The notes below the pieces were generated by a model. That model was not told the DNA's origin. It did not search any database and was given only the letters and a program-made list of their open reading frames with translations. A stretch of DNA of 64,000 bases from Candidatus Amesbacteria bacterium GW2011_GWC2_45_19 (GTDB lineage Bacteria; Patescibacteriota; Microgenomatia; CAZETR01; Amesbacteraceae), in assembly GCA_001001555.1 (NCBI GenBank), contig LCKS01000002.1:7074-71073 (forward strand), given 5' to 3'. Positions 49,171 to 57,039 of this stretch are shown in pieces. Positions within the stretch are counted from its first letter, which is position 1. Each line of letters begins with the position of its first letter. Both the position numbers and the translations under genes were made by a program.

Positions 49171-49205
49171 GAGCTAGTTTTTGAAAAAGTTCGCACTGAT
49201 TTTCG
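49171..49205 (+). repeat. 35-bp inverted repeat, left copy
   Basis: GAGCTAGTTTTTGAAAAAGTTCGCACTGATTTTCG; 32/35 identical to the reverse complement of 53199-53233. Confidence 0.85.
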
Positions 49206-49434
49206 AGATTCTCCGTGATGCTGCTGGCTCCCGCCTTCGCTGCCAGCTTCGGCCGTGCAGGCCGGCTCGGCTGCGGCCTCGCCTCCGCTTATTTTTTGCG
49301 CCCGAGATTATGCTCGCTAACGCGAGCATATTTTACTAAAATTTCCATTGGAATGGAAACTTTTGGCTTTGCCCCACCCACCCGTGCGTGCCAACGTAAA
49401 ATACATTGATAAGACTCCCTCTCCAGCCTTACTA

Positions 49435-49484
49435 TTGACAGGAATTATTTTTTATGTTAAATATAGTTAAATCTGACTTAACTA
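49435..49484 (+). promoter_or_regulatory. Putative sigma70 promoter with operator palindrome
   Basis: TTGACA at 49435, TGtTAAAT region near 49455-49462, and palindrome TAGTTAAATCTGACTTAACTA (49464-49484) just before the ATG. Confidence 0.55.
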
Positions 49485-49493
49485 AAATATACA

Positions 49494-51239
49494 ATGAAAA
49501 AAGTTAACAATACTAAAATTTTATCGACTGCAGAGGCTAGTCGTTTATTGGGGCTAACCCGGCAAACGTTATATAAACTCGCGGAAAAAGGTGAACTACC
49601 GGGGAAAAAGATCGGCAGAAATTATAAGTTCTTCGAGCAAGATATTTTAAGCTATATTCGCCTCCATAAAAAGCTTCCGAAATATAAAGAGTGGGAATTA
49701 AGAGCAGATTTTGCTACTGAAGGGATTAAGAAAATGGCAAAACGTACTTTTCAAGGTCTTTCATCAAATATTGAAGAGCTAATTGCAAATTCATATGATG
49801 CTGATGCAACTTCCGTAAGGATTGTCATTAATAACGACAAAGGAACGTTGAGCATAATTGACAATGGTTCAGGGATGGATGAATCTGCGCTTGCTTCTTT
49901 TGTGAAGTATGGGAAGAGTGATAAGGACTCAGATTACCGTTCTCCAAAATTTGGACGGTCTCCGATTGGCGAATACGGAATGGGCGGAAAGCTGGCAATA
50001 ACTAATATTTCTAGACGTTGCAAGATAATTACAAGAAGAAACGGTTATGAGCACATATTTAACATGAATCGTGCAGACCTCGATAAGGCTAAGTATATAA
50101 GTGATGTCAAAAGTAGGGTGCTGACCAAAAAATGCAGTAAGAAATACCACGGTACTGAAATATACATGGAAGATTTGTTTACGAAAACTATCGACAGTGA
50201 AAGGTTGCAGGAGAGATTTTCTACAAAAATGCCATTAAGTCAGAATTTTCAAATCGTTATGGTCGTCATTCGAAATAATGAAAAAAAGGAACAGACAGTA
50301 AGCGAACCTATTTTTGAATATGAACGAAAATTCGACTTTAGTGACGATCTTCCAAAAATAGGGAATGTTAAGATGTCTATTTATTTCACTAAAGAGCCTA
50401 TAGCGGCTACAAAACAAGGTGTATGGACAAAGGTAAATGGGAGAATAGTTAACGAAAAAGCTGAGTGGTTTGATTTGTTTCGAGCAACCTCCGGTACGAG
50501 ATATAGATATAGGTTATTCGGGTATGGTGAGGCTGATGGTCTGAAAGACTATGTGACTTTTTCTAAAAACGATTTTATCGACTGTCCCGAATACAATGAG
50601 TATTGGGAATTTGGTCACAAAAATATCTTAAAGGTACAAAATACCCTTCTTCGTGATGACGAGAACATTAAAAAGGAGCAAGATAGAAACCTAGTGAAAG
50701 ATGTTGAGAAAGAAGTGAACGATATTGTCTCGAAATTAGATGACCCCGCCACATTAGGTGTTCTTGAGGCGAAAATAAAGAAGGAGTTTACGAAGGAAAA
50801 GGAAAGTGCTCCTGAAGCTCCTTATCCAAATATAGATGTTATTGAAAAAGAGGCAGAAAAAGTTGTTTCCGTAGTCAAAAGAGGAAAAGATAAAAGAGAA
50901 AGGCGAAACCAGTCCATAGCCCCTAGTGAAAGAGTGTCATACTCAGGTAGAAATTATGTAATAACACCAGTCGATCTTTCTGAAACAGGGGACATTGTCA
51001 AATTTACTAAAGAAATGAACTTAATAGAAATTAACGAGAAGCATCCCTTGTACGTTAAAGCATCTAGAAACAGCTCATTAGATGATTTAGTTAGAAGTCT
51101 CGCATTTACAGAAATTGCTTACGACTACAGCGAAGGGGACTTTGTTAGTTTTGACGCTGTATTTAATGAATTAGCTAGAATTGCGTCAAGGCGGGTTAAA
51201 TTAATTGGTATGGAAGATCTAACAGCTAGTAGCGGGTAA
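49494..51239 (+). CDS. Excisionase-type HTH fused to a GHKL (MORC/HATPase_c_3-like) ATPase
   Basis: LSTAEASRLLGLTRQTLYKLAEKGELPGKKIG; EELIANSYDADA, IIDNGSGM, IGEYGMGGKLA; C-terminal IEINEKHPLY. Confidence 0.85.
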   Translation: MKKVNNTKILSTAEASRLLGLTRQTLYKLAEKGELPGKKIGRNYKFFEQDILSYIRLHKKLPKYKEWELRADFATEGIKKMAKRTFQGLSSNIEELIANSYDADATSVRIVINNDKGTLSIIDNGSGMDESALASFVKYGKSDKDSDYRSPKFGRSPIGEYGMGGKLAITNISRRCKIITRRNGYEHIFNMNRADLDKAKYISDVKSRVLTKKCSKKYHGTEIYMEDLFTKTIDSERLQERFSTKMPLSQNFQIVMVVIRNNEKKEQTVSEPIFEYERKFDFSDDLPKIGNVKMSIYFTKEPIAATKQGVWTKVNGRIVNEKAEWFDLFRATSGTRYRYRLFGYGEADGLKDYVTFSKNDFIDCPEYNEYWEFGHKNILKVQNTLLRDDENIKKEQDRNLVKDVEKEVNDIVSKLDDPATLGVLEAKIKKEFTKEKESAPEAPYPNIDVIEKEAEKVVSVVKRGKDKRERRNQSIAPSERVSYSGRNYVITPVDLSETGDIVKFTKEMNLIEINEKHPLYVKASRNSSLDDLVRSLAFTEIAYDYSEGDFVSFDAVFNELARIASRRVKLIGMEDLTASSG

Positions 51240-51297
51240 ATACCAGACAGTTATTAGTTATATTTTCGTAACAAAATAGAAACTAGTTAAAAAGATA

Positions 51298-52413
51298 ATG
51301 ATCAAAGGCATTTTTCCAAACGAAAAAATTTTGACAAGGGGCCGTCTTCATGATGACGATTCGATAGATGTACTTAACTTTCCAACTCGCGTACTAAACA
51401 CCTTAGTAATGCACGACTATGAGACCGTTGGACATTTTTATCGCGTGTCGATGGCTGATTTGGGAAGGATAAGAAATATTGGAACTAAGACATTAAAGTA
51501 CTTTGGAGAAGTCAAAGCAGCAATAAAAGAACATCGAAAAGAGCCTGATCTGCCGCCACTAGAAACCGCGAAGTCAAAGGAAGCAAAGCCTTCAAGTTTT
51601 GTGCCTTATTTGACAGAAACTGAAAAAGAAAGAATGAAGTTGGTTAAGAGACTCTATGACGAGTATGGCACTCTAGAAAAAGTGGGAAGCCTGCTGAGAC
51701 TGTCAAGAGAAAGAGTTAGACAAATATTAAATAAAGGTCAAAAATATGGCCTTTTCACTTACCAGTTAACCCGAGATAGAAAATTTGATGAAGTGCTAAA
51801 CAAGATAGATGGGGAACGGCTAAGGGTATTACTTAGTACTACCAAAAATCAATTTGATGTTTGTTCGAATTTGGGGATAGATATAAGTACTCTTCAAAGG
51901 TTGATTAAATATTATAACATTGATCTCGTGTCCTATAAACAGGATGCTAGATATAAGAGATACTTAGTAGAATACTCCGAGATGGTTCGCGTACTTGGAT
52001 ATCATCCATCTACCACCATTATGCAGCGCCGCAAGGAATGGAGGAAAATATGGGCGGGTATTGTTAGGCTGTGGGGAAGTTTTGATCGATTTAGAGCAGA
52101 GTTTGGTATCGAAAAACCTAAACACTCTATGCACCCTAACACCTTAAAAGCTTGGCAACGAGCAAAGGAAAGAAGAATGGCGCATAAAAAGGAAAAAGTC
52201 GAAAACGTATACAAAATCATCGCTGAGCATGGTCCTTTAACTTGCAAAAAAATTTCCTACCTGGCAGGGTATAGTGATCAAATTGTCTATCAATATGTAA
52301 AAGATATGGTTAAAAAAAATAAGATTAAAAAATTAGGCAAAGGAAATAGAATTAAGTACGGATTAAATATTCAAAAAAATTATATTAAGCAATCAAAAAA
52401 CTATGCACACTAA
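51298..52413 (+). CDS. Multi-HTH protein with RNAP alpha-CTD-like and sigma region 4-like domains
   Basis: SIDVLNFPTRVLNTL...LGRIRNIGTKT (alpha-CTD-like), TLEKVGSLLRLSRERVRQIL (sigma4-like), further HTH/wHTH segments. Confidence 0.72.
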   Translation: MIKGIFPNEKILTRGRLHDDDSIDVLNFPTRVLNTLVMHDYETVGHFYRVSMADLGRIRNIGTKTLKYFGEVKAAIKEHRKEPDLPPLETAKSKEAKPSSFVPYLTETEKERMKLVKRLYDEYGTLEKVGSLLRLSRERVRQILNKGQKYGLFTYQLTRDRKFDEVLNKIDGERLRVLLSTTKNQFDVCSNLGIDISTLQRLIKYYNIDLVSYKQDARYKRYLVEYSEMVRVLGYHPSTTIMQRRKEWRKIWAGIVRLWGSFDRFRAEFGIEKPKHSMHPNTLKAWQRAKERRMAHKKEKVENVYKIIAEHGPLTCKKISYLAGYSDQIVYQYVKDMVKKNKIKKLGKGNRIKYGLNIQKNYIKQSKNYAH

Positions 52414-53059
52414 TGACGAAATTAAAGAAACTATTTTAAAATGTCTATATGAGCATGTTCAAAAATCTAAAGGACCTTCCGGTATTCCGATGGGGATACG
52501 AGATTTAACCTCGGCAGTCAAATCCAAAATTGACGTTAAGCAACAGGTAGTTAGTTCTAACCTACATTCATTAATAAAAAACGGGTTTGTGGATGAGAAG
52601 GAGGTTCAAAATCCTTACGCTGCCGCTAAGTTTAACAGCAAGCCCGCTGTTAAATATGAACTCTCGAGAGCCGGAATTAGTTATTTTGATCAAGGTTCAA
52701 AGTTTGATCTGGCAGATAGAAACACAGGTATAAACATTCAAATGTTAAACAGCGCTGTGGTTATCGGAAATCAAAACATAGTCAAGAATATTGTGAGGGA
52801 GGAATATAAAGAGGGTTACTTGAAACTTGAGGAACTTGGGAAAAGAGTCAACTTATCTTCTGATATAAAAAATGAAGACAAAGTGAATTTGCAAGCTGAC
52901 ATTGAAACCATTAAAAACCAACTTGCGAAAGTTTCTCCAAACCACAATATTGTAAAAGCAGCTTTAGCAAGCCTATCAGGATTAGCTGATATATCTCAGT
53001 TATCTTCTCATTATGAAAGCGTCAAGAATTGGATTCTTTCCATCTTGGGCTTTAGTTAA
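52403..53059 (+). CDS. Hypothetical protein, N-terminal wHTH plus helical C-terminus
   Basis: ILKCLYE...NLHSLIKNGFV...YELSRAGISY (wHTH-like); overlaps the upstream gene. Confidence 0.7.
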   Translation: MHTNDEIKETILKCLYEHVQKSKGPSGIPMGIRDLTSAVKSKIDVKQQVVSSNLHSLIKNGFVDEKEVQNPYAAAKFNSKPAVKYELSRAGISYFDQGSKFDLADRNTGINIQMLNSAVVIGNQNIVKNIVREEYKEGYLKLEELGKRVNLSSDIKNEDKVNLQADIETIKNQLAKVSPNHNIVKAALASLSGLADISQLSSHYESVKNWILSILGFS

Positions 53060-53198
53060 AAATTTTTGCATTTTCTCGTTTGAACACAAGGGAAAACACA
53101 GTTTGAGCCGATGTTTGCGGAGGCTTCGGCCGTTAGGCCGAGCCGGAGCCTGGGTGCGAGGCCGCGAGGCAGCCGAGCTTGATCACAGGGAATTTTCC

Positions 53199-53233
53199 CG
53201 AAAATCAGTTCGAACTTTTTCAAAAATCAGCTC
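53199..53233 (-). repeat. 35-bp inverted repeat, right copy
   Basis: Reverse complement reads GAGCTGATTTTTGAAAAAGTTCGAACTGATTTTCG. Confidence 0.85.
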
Positions 53234-53279
53234 AAAAGTCCTAAATTTTGAGTTGGTAACGATTAAAAGGTAAGTAGTT

Positions 53280-54167
53280 TCAAGATATGTTTCTTGTAAT
53301 TGTTTTCATTTTAAACATTTTTGTATCTATCAAAAACTCATACCCCGTTAATTTTAGCCATAGGTTAATGTTTTCTGTCAGTTGATACATTGGTACACCC
53401 AGATGACTAACCAGACTCCGATTAATCTTATAGGTTTTAAGTGCTTCAGCCTCATGATATTTAGGAATGTCTGGAAAATCTAAAACTTGATATTTATCGT
53501 CTTTCACTCTCCTTAAGAGTAAAAACCTGTCAGGATAATTTTTGTTCTCCTTGTTAACCTCACTACCCCTAACTAACCTGTATTTATTTTTAACATCTTT
53601 ATCTTCAGAAGGGAGAAAGATATTTTCAATTTTCTGCACGTCACTCACATCTCTAAGTCTTTTCAATAATTCAATAACTGCAATGATTTGATCATTTTCA
53701 AATTTTTCTGTGATAAGGGGGTTTTTCAAAATATTTTCGAGGTTCGATTCGTACGCCTCCCAAGTTCTGAATATTTGAAATCCAAAAAAGGTATTTGTTT
53801 CCAATAATTTGTTTATATCTTTTAAGCTTATAGATAAAAATTTGGACACACTACTTTGGCTATAATCTAACTCTTCCAGTGGATAAAAGAATTTCATGAG
53901 TTGATATACTATTCCCAAAACCTCTCTATCAATCTGCATTTTTCCGTACTCAAATATTTCTTGATTTAGTTTTCTGTTGGAAACACTCTTTATCAGTTCA
54001 TAAGAAATTAGGATTGCCGTAATAGCAATTAACGAAGCAGAAATATTAATTAAAAGATCTCTAATGTTTCCATTAACATATTTGCTTAGGCAATATATGA
54101 AAATGCCTGTTAGAAAAGATACAAAATAGGGCAACATAGTATAGAAAAAGCTTTTTGGAAATTTCAT
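53280..54167 (-). CDS. Hypothetical protein with two N-terminal TM helices
   Basis: 295-aa AT-rich ORF with two hydrophobic segments followed by a soluble domain. Confidence 0.75.
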   Translation of the reverse strand: MKFPKSFFYTMLPYFVSFLTGIFIYCLSKYVNGNIRDLLINISASLIAITAILISYELIKSVSNRKLNQEIFEYGKMQIDREVLGIVYQLMKFFYPLEELDYSQSSVSKFLSISLKDINKLLETNTFFGFQIFRTWEAYESNLENILKNPLITEKFENDQIIAVIELLKRLRDVSDVQKIENIFLPSEDKDVKNKYRLVRGSEVNKENKNYPDRFLLLRRVKDDKYQVLDFPDIPKYHEAEALKTYKINRSLVSHLGVPMYQLTENINLWLKLTGYEFLIDTKMFKMKTITRNIS

Positions 54168-54217
54168 ACCCTAATTATAAATCAAGTTGTGTTGGTGTTA
54201 TACTCGGATTACCGAAT

Positions 54218-54291
54218 GACCTCTGTGGTGAAGGTATCTTACTTTTAGAGAACTGATGGCACGAAAGTGATCCATCTTAGCCACAGAGATC
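54218..54291 (+). ncRNA. Candidate structured RNA or leader
   Basis: GACCTCTGTGG/CCACAGAGATC outer stem (10/11) encloses GATGG-CAC-GAAA-GTG-AT-CCATC (GNRA tetraloop). Confidence 0.4.
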
Positions 54292-54313
54292 GCATACAAA
54301 TAGGTATCAAAAT

Positions 54314-55129
54314 ATGAACGGGAATGATAAAGCATTGGTAACGCAGAGGATTGGTCAGTTAAAAAAATCGGCTGGAGAGTTAGCTGAGAATGTCACAGTA
54401 AATAATAAAAAAGAGTTTGTAAGTGTGGTGGGTTTATTACTTCACAACCTTGCCTCAGTCGTCGTTCCTGGATATGCCGTTGGTGCGGGGACTATAAAAG
54501 ATTATTATGATCAAAAGGTTAATAAGAAAAGACAACAAGAGATTGATTCTCTCCTGGGCAATTTAAATAGACGTTTGTCTTCAGTTGAGATAAAGCAAGA
54601 AGCGGTCGATTATTTTGAAAACACAATTGTGTTTCAGCTCGAAGAAATAACTCGGAAATTATTAACAAATCCCGGCAGAGGCTTTGGTGAAGTAATAGCT
54701 GAATTTGTCGCTAGCGCATTAGAAAACATGGATCTTCACCCCAAAACTAAAGATCTTGTACTATCTACGCTCCTAAGCTTGGACAGCGTAGATCTTTTGG
54801 TGCTTAAAACTATGGACAAGCATTTTCTTTCAAATTTACCTCAAAATGGAGGAAATGGGGCTAGGGGCGTAACCAGAGATTCTATTTGTACCTTACTTAA
54901 GGACCGCAATATGGACGAAGCTGTTATTGATCGATCTCTCCAGCGACTACAGTCAGAATCACTTATTCAACCCATGAAAGTTAGTGCTCCCGCTATTACT
55001 GAAGCTCCGACTGCGGATGAGTTGTATAAAGGAAAACGACCTGACCAATTCGATGCTCCCGGAGGATTTATTAACACAGGTTTCGGTAGAATATTTATTA
55101 ATTTTCTTAAACTGAATGACGACAAATGA
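54314..55129 (+). CDS. Hypothetical protein, possibly Abi-alpha/DUF4393-like
   Basis: LLSLDSVDLLVL...SLQRLQSESLI...TGFGRIFINF pattern (C-terminal wHTH-like). Confidence 0.55.
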   Translation: MNGNDKALVTQRIGQLKKSAGELAENVTVNNKKEFVSVVGLLLHNLASVVVPGYAVGAGTIKDYYDQKVNKKRQQEIDSLLGNLNRRLSSVEIKQEAVDYFENTIVFQLEEITRKLLTNPGRGFGEVIAEFVASALENMDLHPKTKDLVLSTLLSLDSVDLLVLKTMDKHFLSNLPQNGGNGARGVTRDSICTLLKDRNMDEAVIDRSLQRLQSESLIQPMKVSAPAITEAPTADELYKGKRPDQFDAPGGFINTGFGRIFINFLKLNDDK

Positions 55130-55950
55130 ATATCAAAAATGATATTGATGTAATAATTCAGAACCTTAAATCATCGTTAGATTCAACTTCTGAGTCAAAA
55201 AAGCAATTGAGCGGATACACAATTCAGCTAGGGAAACAAGAAGAGCAAATTGAATCGGCAATTAACTTATGGGAAGAAATGAAAGGACAGAATGTCACGC
55301 CTCCTCAACCAATCACCGCCTCTGGAGTTGCACTAACTTATACTCTCCAACAATCATCACAAGATTTAAAGACATACGTCTCGAATCAAAGTTGGACAAA
55401 TCAGCTACAAGCTTTGGGGACAACTGCTCTAACAATAAATTCTGTTGCTGCTTCTGGAGCCTCGCTCTCATACCCACCAGGATATCGTTCGCAAGCCCTT
55501 GTTCAAGTAAATCTAATTGAAGAGAGGTATAGTCAAAGATCTGCGATCTCGCAGAAACTTTATGCAATTGATCAGTCATTAGGCCAAGAGTATGATAACG
55601 CTTGGCAAACATTACATCAGGCCACTCAAGATCCTACCCGTTCACCAATGTTTCTAATGAGGGAGGTGGAACGCAGATTGCTTGATTATTTTGCTCCAGA
55701 GATCGAACTTAGAAAGTATCATTCATTAGTTCCTAGCGACAAAATAACAGGCAGGCATAAAGTAGATTACTTGAAATCAATAATCAAACCATCTGCACAA
55801 ACCGCTTTTCTTGCCCAAGAACAGGCGTTAAATAACATTTATGCTTTATTGAGTAAGGCACATTCACCAGGCCAATTAGACATCGAGAAAACTAAAGCAT
55901 TTTTATACCAAGCTGATGCTCTGATTCAATTACTATTAGATTCTTTTTAG
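55126..55950 (+). CDS. Hypothetical protein, coiled coil plus possible HEPN-like (pPIWI-associated nuclease-like) domain
   Basis: MREVERRLLDYFAP...KITGRHKVDYL...IYALLSKAH; ATGA overlap with the upstream gene. Confidence 0.5.
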   Translation: MNIKNDIDVIIQNLKSSLDSTSESKKQLSGYTIQLGKQEEQIESAINLWEEMKGQNVTPPQPITASGVALTYTLQQSSQDLKTYVSNQSWTNQLQALGTTALTINSVAASGASLSYPPGYRSQALVQVNLIEERYSQRSAISQKLYAIDQSLGQEYDNAWQTLHQATQDPTRSPMFLMREVERRLLDYFAPEIELRKYHSLVPSDKITGRHKVDYLKSIIKPSAQTAFLAQEQALNNIYALLSKAHSPGQLDIEKTKAFLYQADALIQLLLDSF

Positions 55951-56001
55951 GTCCGACTCCGGTATCGGGTATTCAAAACTTCCAGGCTAACTCAAAAAAG
56001 C

Positions 56002-56027
56002 AAAAAAACCTGGCTCGAACCAGGTTT
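56002..56027 (-). terminator. Intrinsic terminator downstream of tRNA-Gly
   Basis: Minus strand reads AAACCTGG-TTCGAG-CCAGGTTTTTTT. Confidence 0.65.
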
Positions 56028-56065
56028 CTAGGCTAAATTTGCTAAAATTTCAATTCATTACGGTA

Positions 56066-56139
56066 TGGAGCGGGATACGGGAATCGAACCCGCTTCTTCT
56101 GCTTGGGAAGCAGATATACTACCGGTGTACTAATCCCGC
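56066..56139 (-). tRNA. tRNA-Gly(CCC)
   Basis: GCGGGAT/ATCCCGC acceptor, TCTGC-TTCCCAA-GCAGA anticodon arm, GGTTCGATTCC, terminal TCCA. Confidence 0.95.
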
Positions 56140-56379
56140 ATTTAGTAGTTTTTTCAAAGCCTCGCCACCTTTGTAGGATTTTATCATCTTTTCTCTGGCT
56201 AAAGCTTCACTATATGTCTCATACTGCTCAGAATAAATTAATTTCCAATTTCCTTTAGCATAACGAGTTGAAGTAGTTTTTCCCCGATTGTGTTCAGCCA
56301 GTCGTTTTTCCAAGTCAGAAGTACAACCGATATATCTCCGGTTTGAAAGTATATTTTGGATAATATAGGTCCAAAACAT
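56119..56379 (-). CDS. Small GIY-YIG nuclease (UPF0213-like)
   Basis: MFWTYIIQ...RYIGCTSDLEKRLAEHN.G...EALAREKMIK. The last codons overlap the tRNA-Gly 5' end. Confidence 0.92.
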   Translation of the reverse strand: MFWTYIIQNILSNRRYIGCTSDLEKRLAEHNRGKTTSTRYAKGNWKLIYSEQYETYSEALAREKMIKSYKGGEALKKLLNAGLVHR

Positions 56380-56410
56380 CTGAACCCCCTTCTCCCCGCC
56401 TTGGCGGGGC

Positions 56411-56435
56411 ATACTACCGGTGTACTAATCCCGCA
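56411..56435 (-). repeat. 25-bp exact duplicate of the tRNA-Gly 5' end
   Basis: ATACTACCGGTGTACTAATCCCGCA occurs at both 56116-56140 and 56411-56435. Confidence 0.93.
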
Positions 56436-56469
56436 CTTCGACTCCGCTCAGTGTAAACTATTTTACAAC

Positions 56470-56976
56470 TTAGTTACAGATAATTTTGAGCGTTTGGCCC
56501 ACGTACAGCAGATTAGGGTTGGCCAATTTGTTTTCATTGGCTGTTTTCACCCAGGCGTACCCGTTTTGGCAAATTTTCACCGAGATGTTCCACAGATTGT
56601 CGCCTGCCTCCACGGTGTAGCTAACCGGCTGTTTGACTTCCACTTCGGGCAAAGTCAGTTTGGTGCCGACGTACAGCAAGTCCGGATGATTAGCCAAAAC
56701 TTCTTTATTGGCCTGATATACGTCCGTCCAGTTGTAGCCGGATCCGTAAGCTGCCTCGGAAATAGTCCATAGGCTATCGCCCGCCACTACGGTGTATTCA
56801 TTTCCCGCCACCGGTTCTTCGACCTTAACGGTGGATGTGGATGTAGTCTCGCCCTTTTTGTTTACCGATTTAAAGTAGTTGTACAGCAGCCCCACGACCA
56901 GAAGTACCACTACTAATCCCAATCCCATGCTGATATTTTGCTCGTTCAGTTTCAGTTTTTTCAATAAATCTTTCAT
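56470..56976 (-). CDS. Membrane-anchored protein with two LysM domains
   Basis: YTVVAGDSLWTIS...NHPDLLYVG and YTVEAGDNLWNIS...NPNLLYVGQ. Confidence 0.93.
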   Translation of the reverse strand: MKDLLKKLKLNEQNISMGLGLVVVLLVVGLLYNYFKSVNKKGETTSTSTVKVEEPVAGNEYTVVAGDSLWTISEAAYGSGYNWTDVYQANKEVLANHPDLLYVGTKLTLPEVEVKQPVSYTVEAGDNLWNISVKICQNGYAWVKTANENKLANPNLLYVGQTLKIICN

Positions 56977-57039
56977 CGTTCCTCCTTCCCGGGCAGAGAT
57001 ATGGTTAGGCCAAGAATATACCCTGAACGCATTATCAAA

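Larger units (their letters stand above)
47578..55950. mobile_element. AT-rich accessory island downstream of tRNA-Gly
   Basis: Visible shift to AT-rich codon usage; Bro-N, GHKL ATPase, HTH and Abi/HEPN-like hypothetical genes. No integrase seen and boundaries are approximate. Confidence 0.6.

Noticed and set aside
49215-49409. Short ORFs over the GC-rich island tracts (also 53013-53273)
   Set aside because: They coincide with the inverted-repeat and hairpin tracts and have no protein-like features.
54253-54275. Hammerhead ribozyme core (CTGATG...GAAA)
   Set aside because: It lacks the CUGAnGA consensus and stem II; the GAAA is better explained as a tetraloop.
49072-55972. GTTCGACCCCCGTCAGGGTAT (49072) and GTCCGACTCCGGTATCGGGTAT (55951) as tRNA-derived att sites of the island
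   Set aside because: Both look vaguely like T-arm/acceptor remnants, but similarity is short and gapped, they are on the opposite strand to tRNA-Gly, and neither matches a tRNA in the window.
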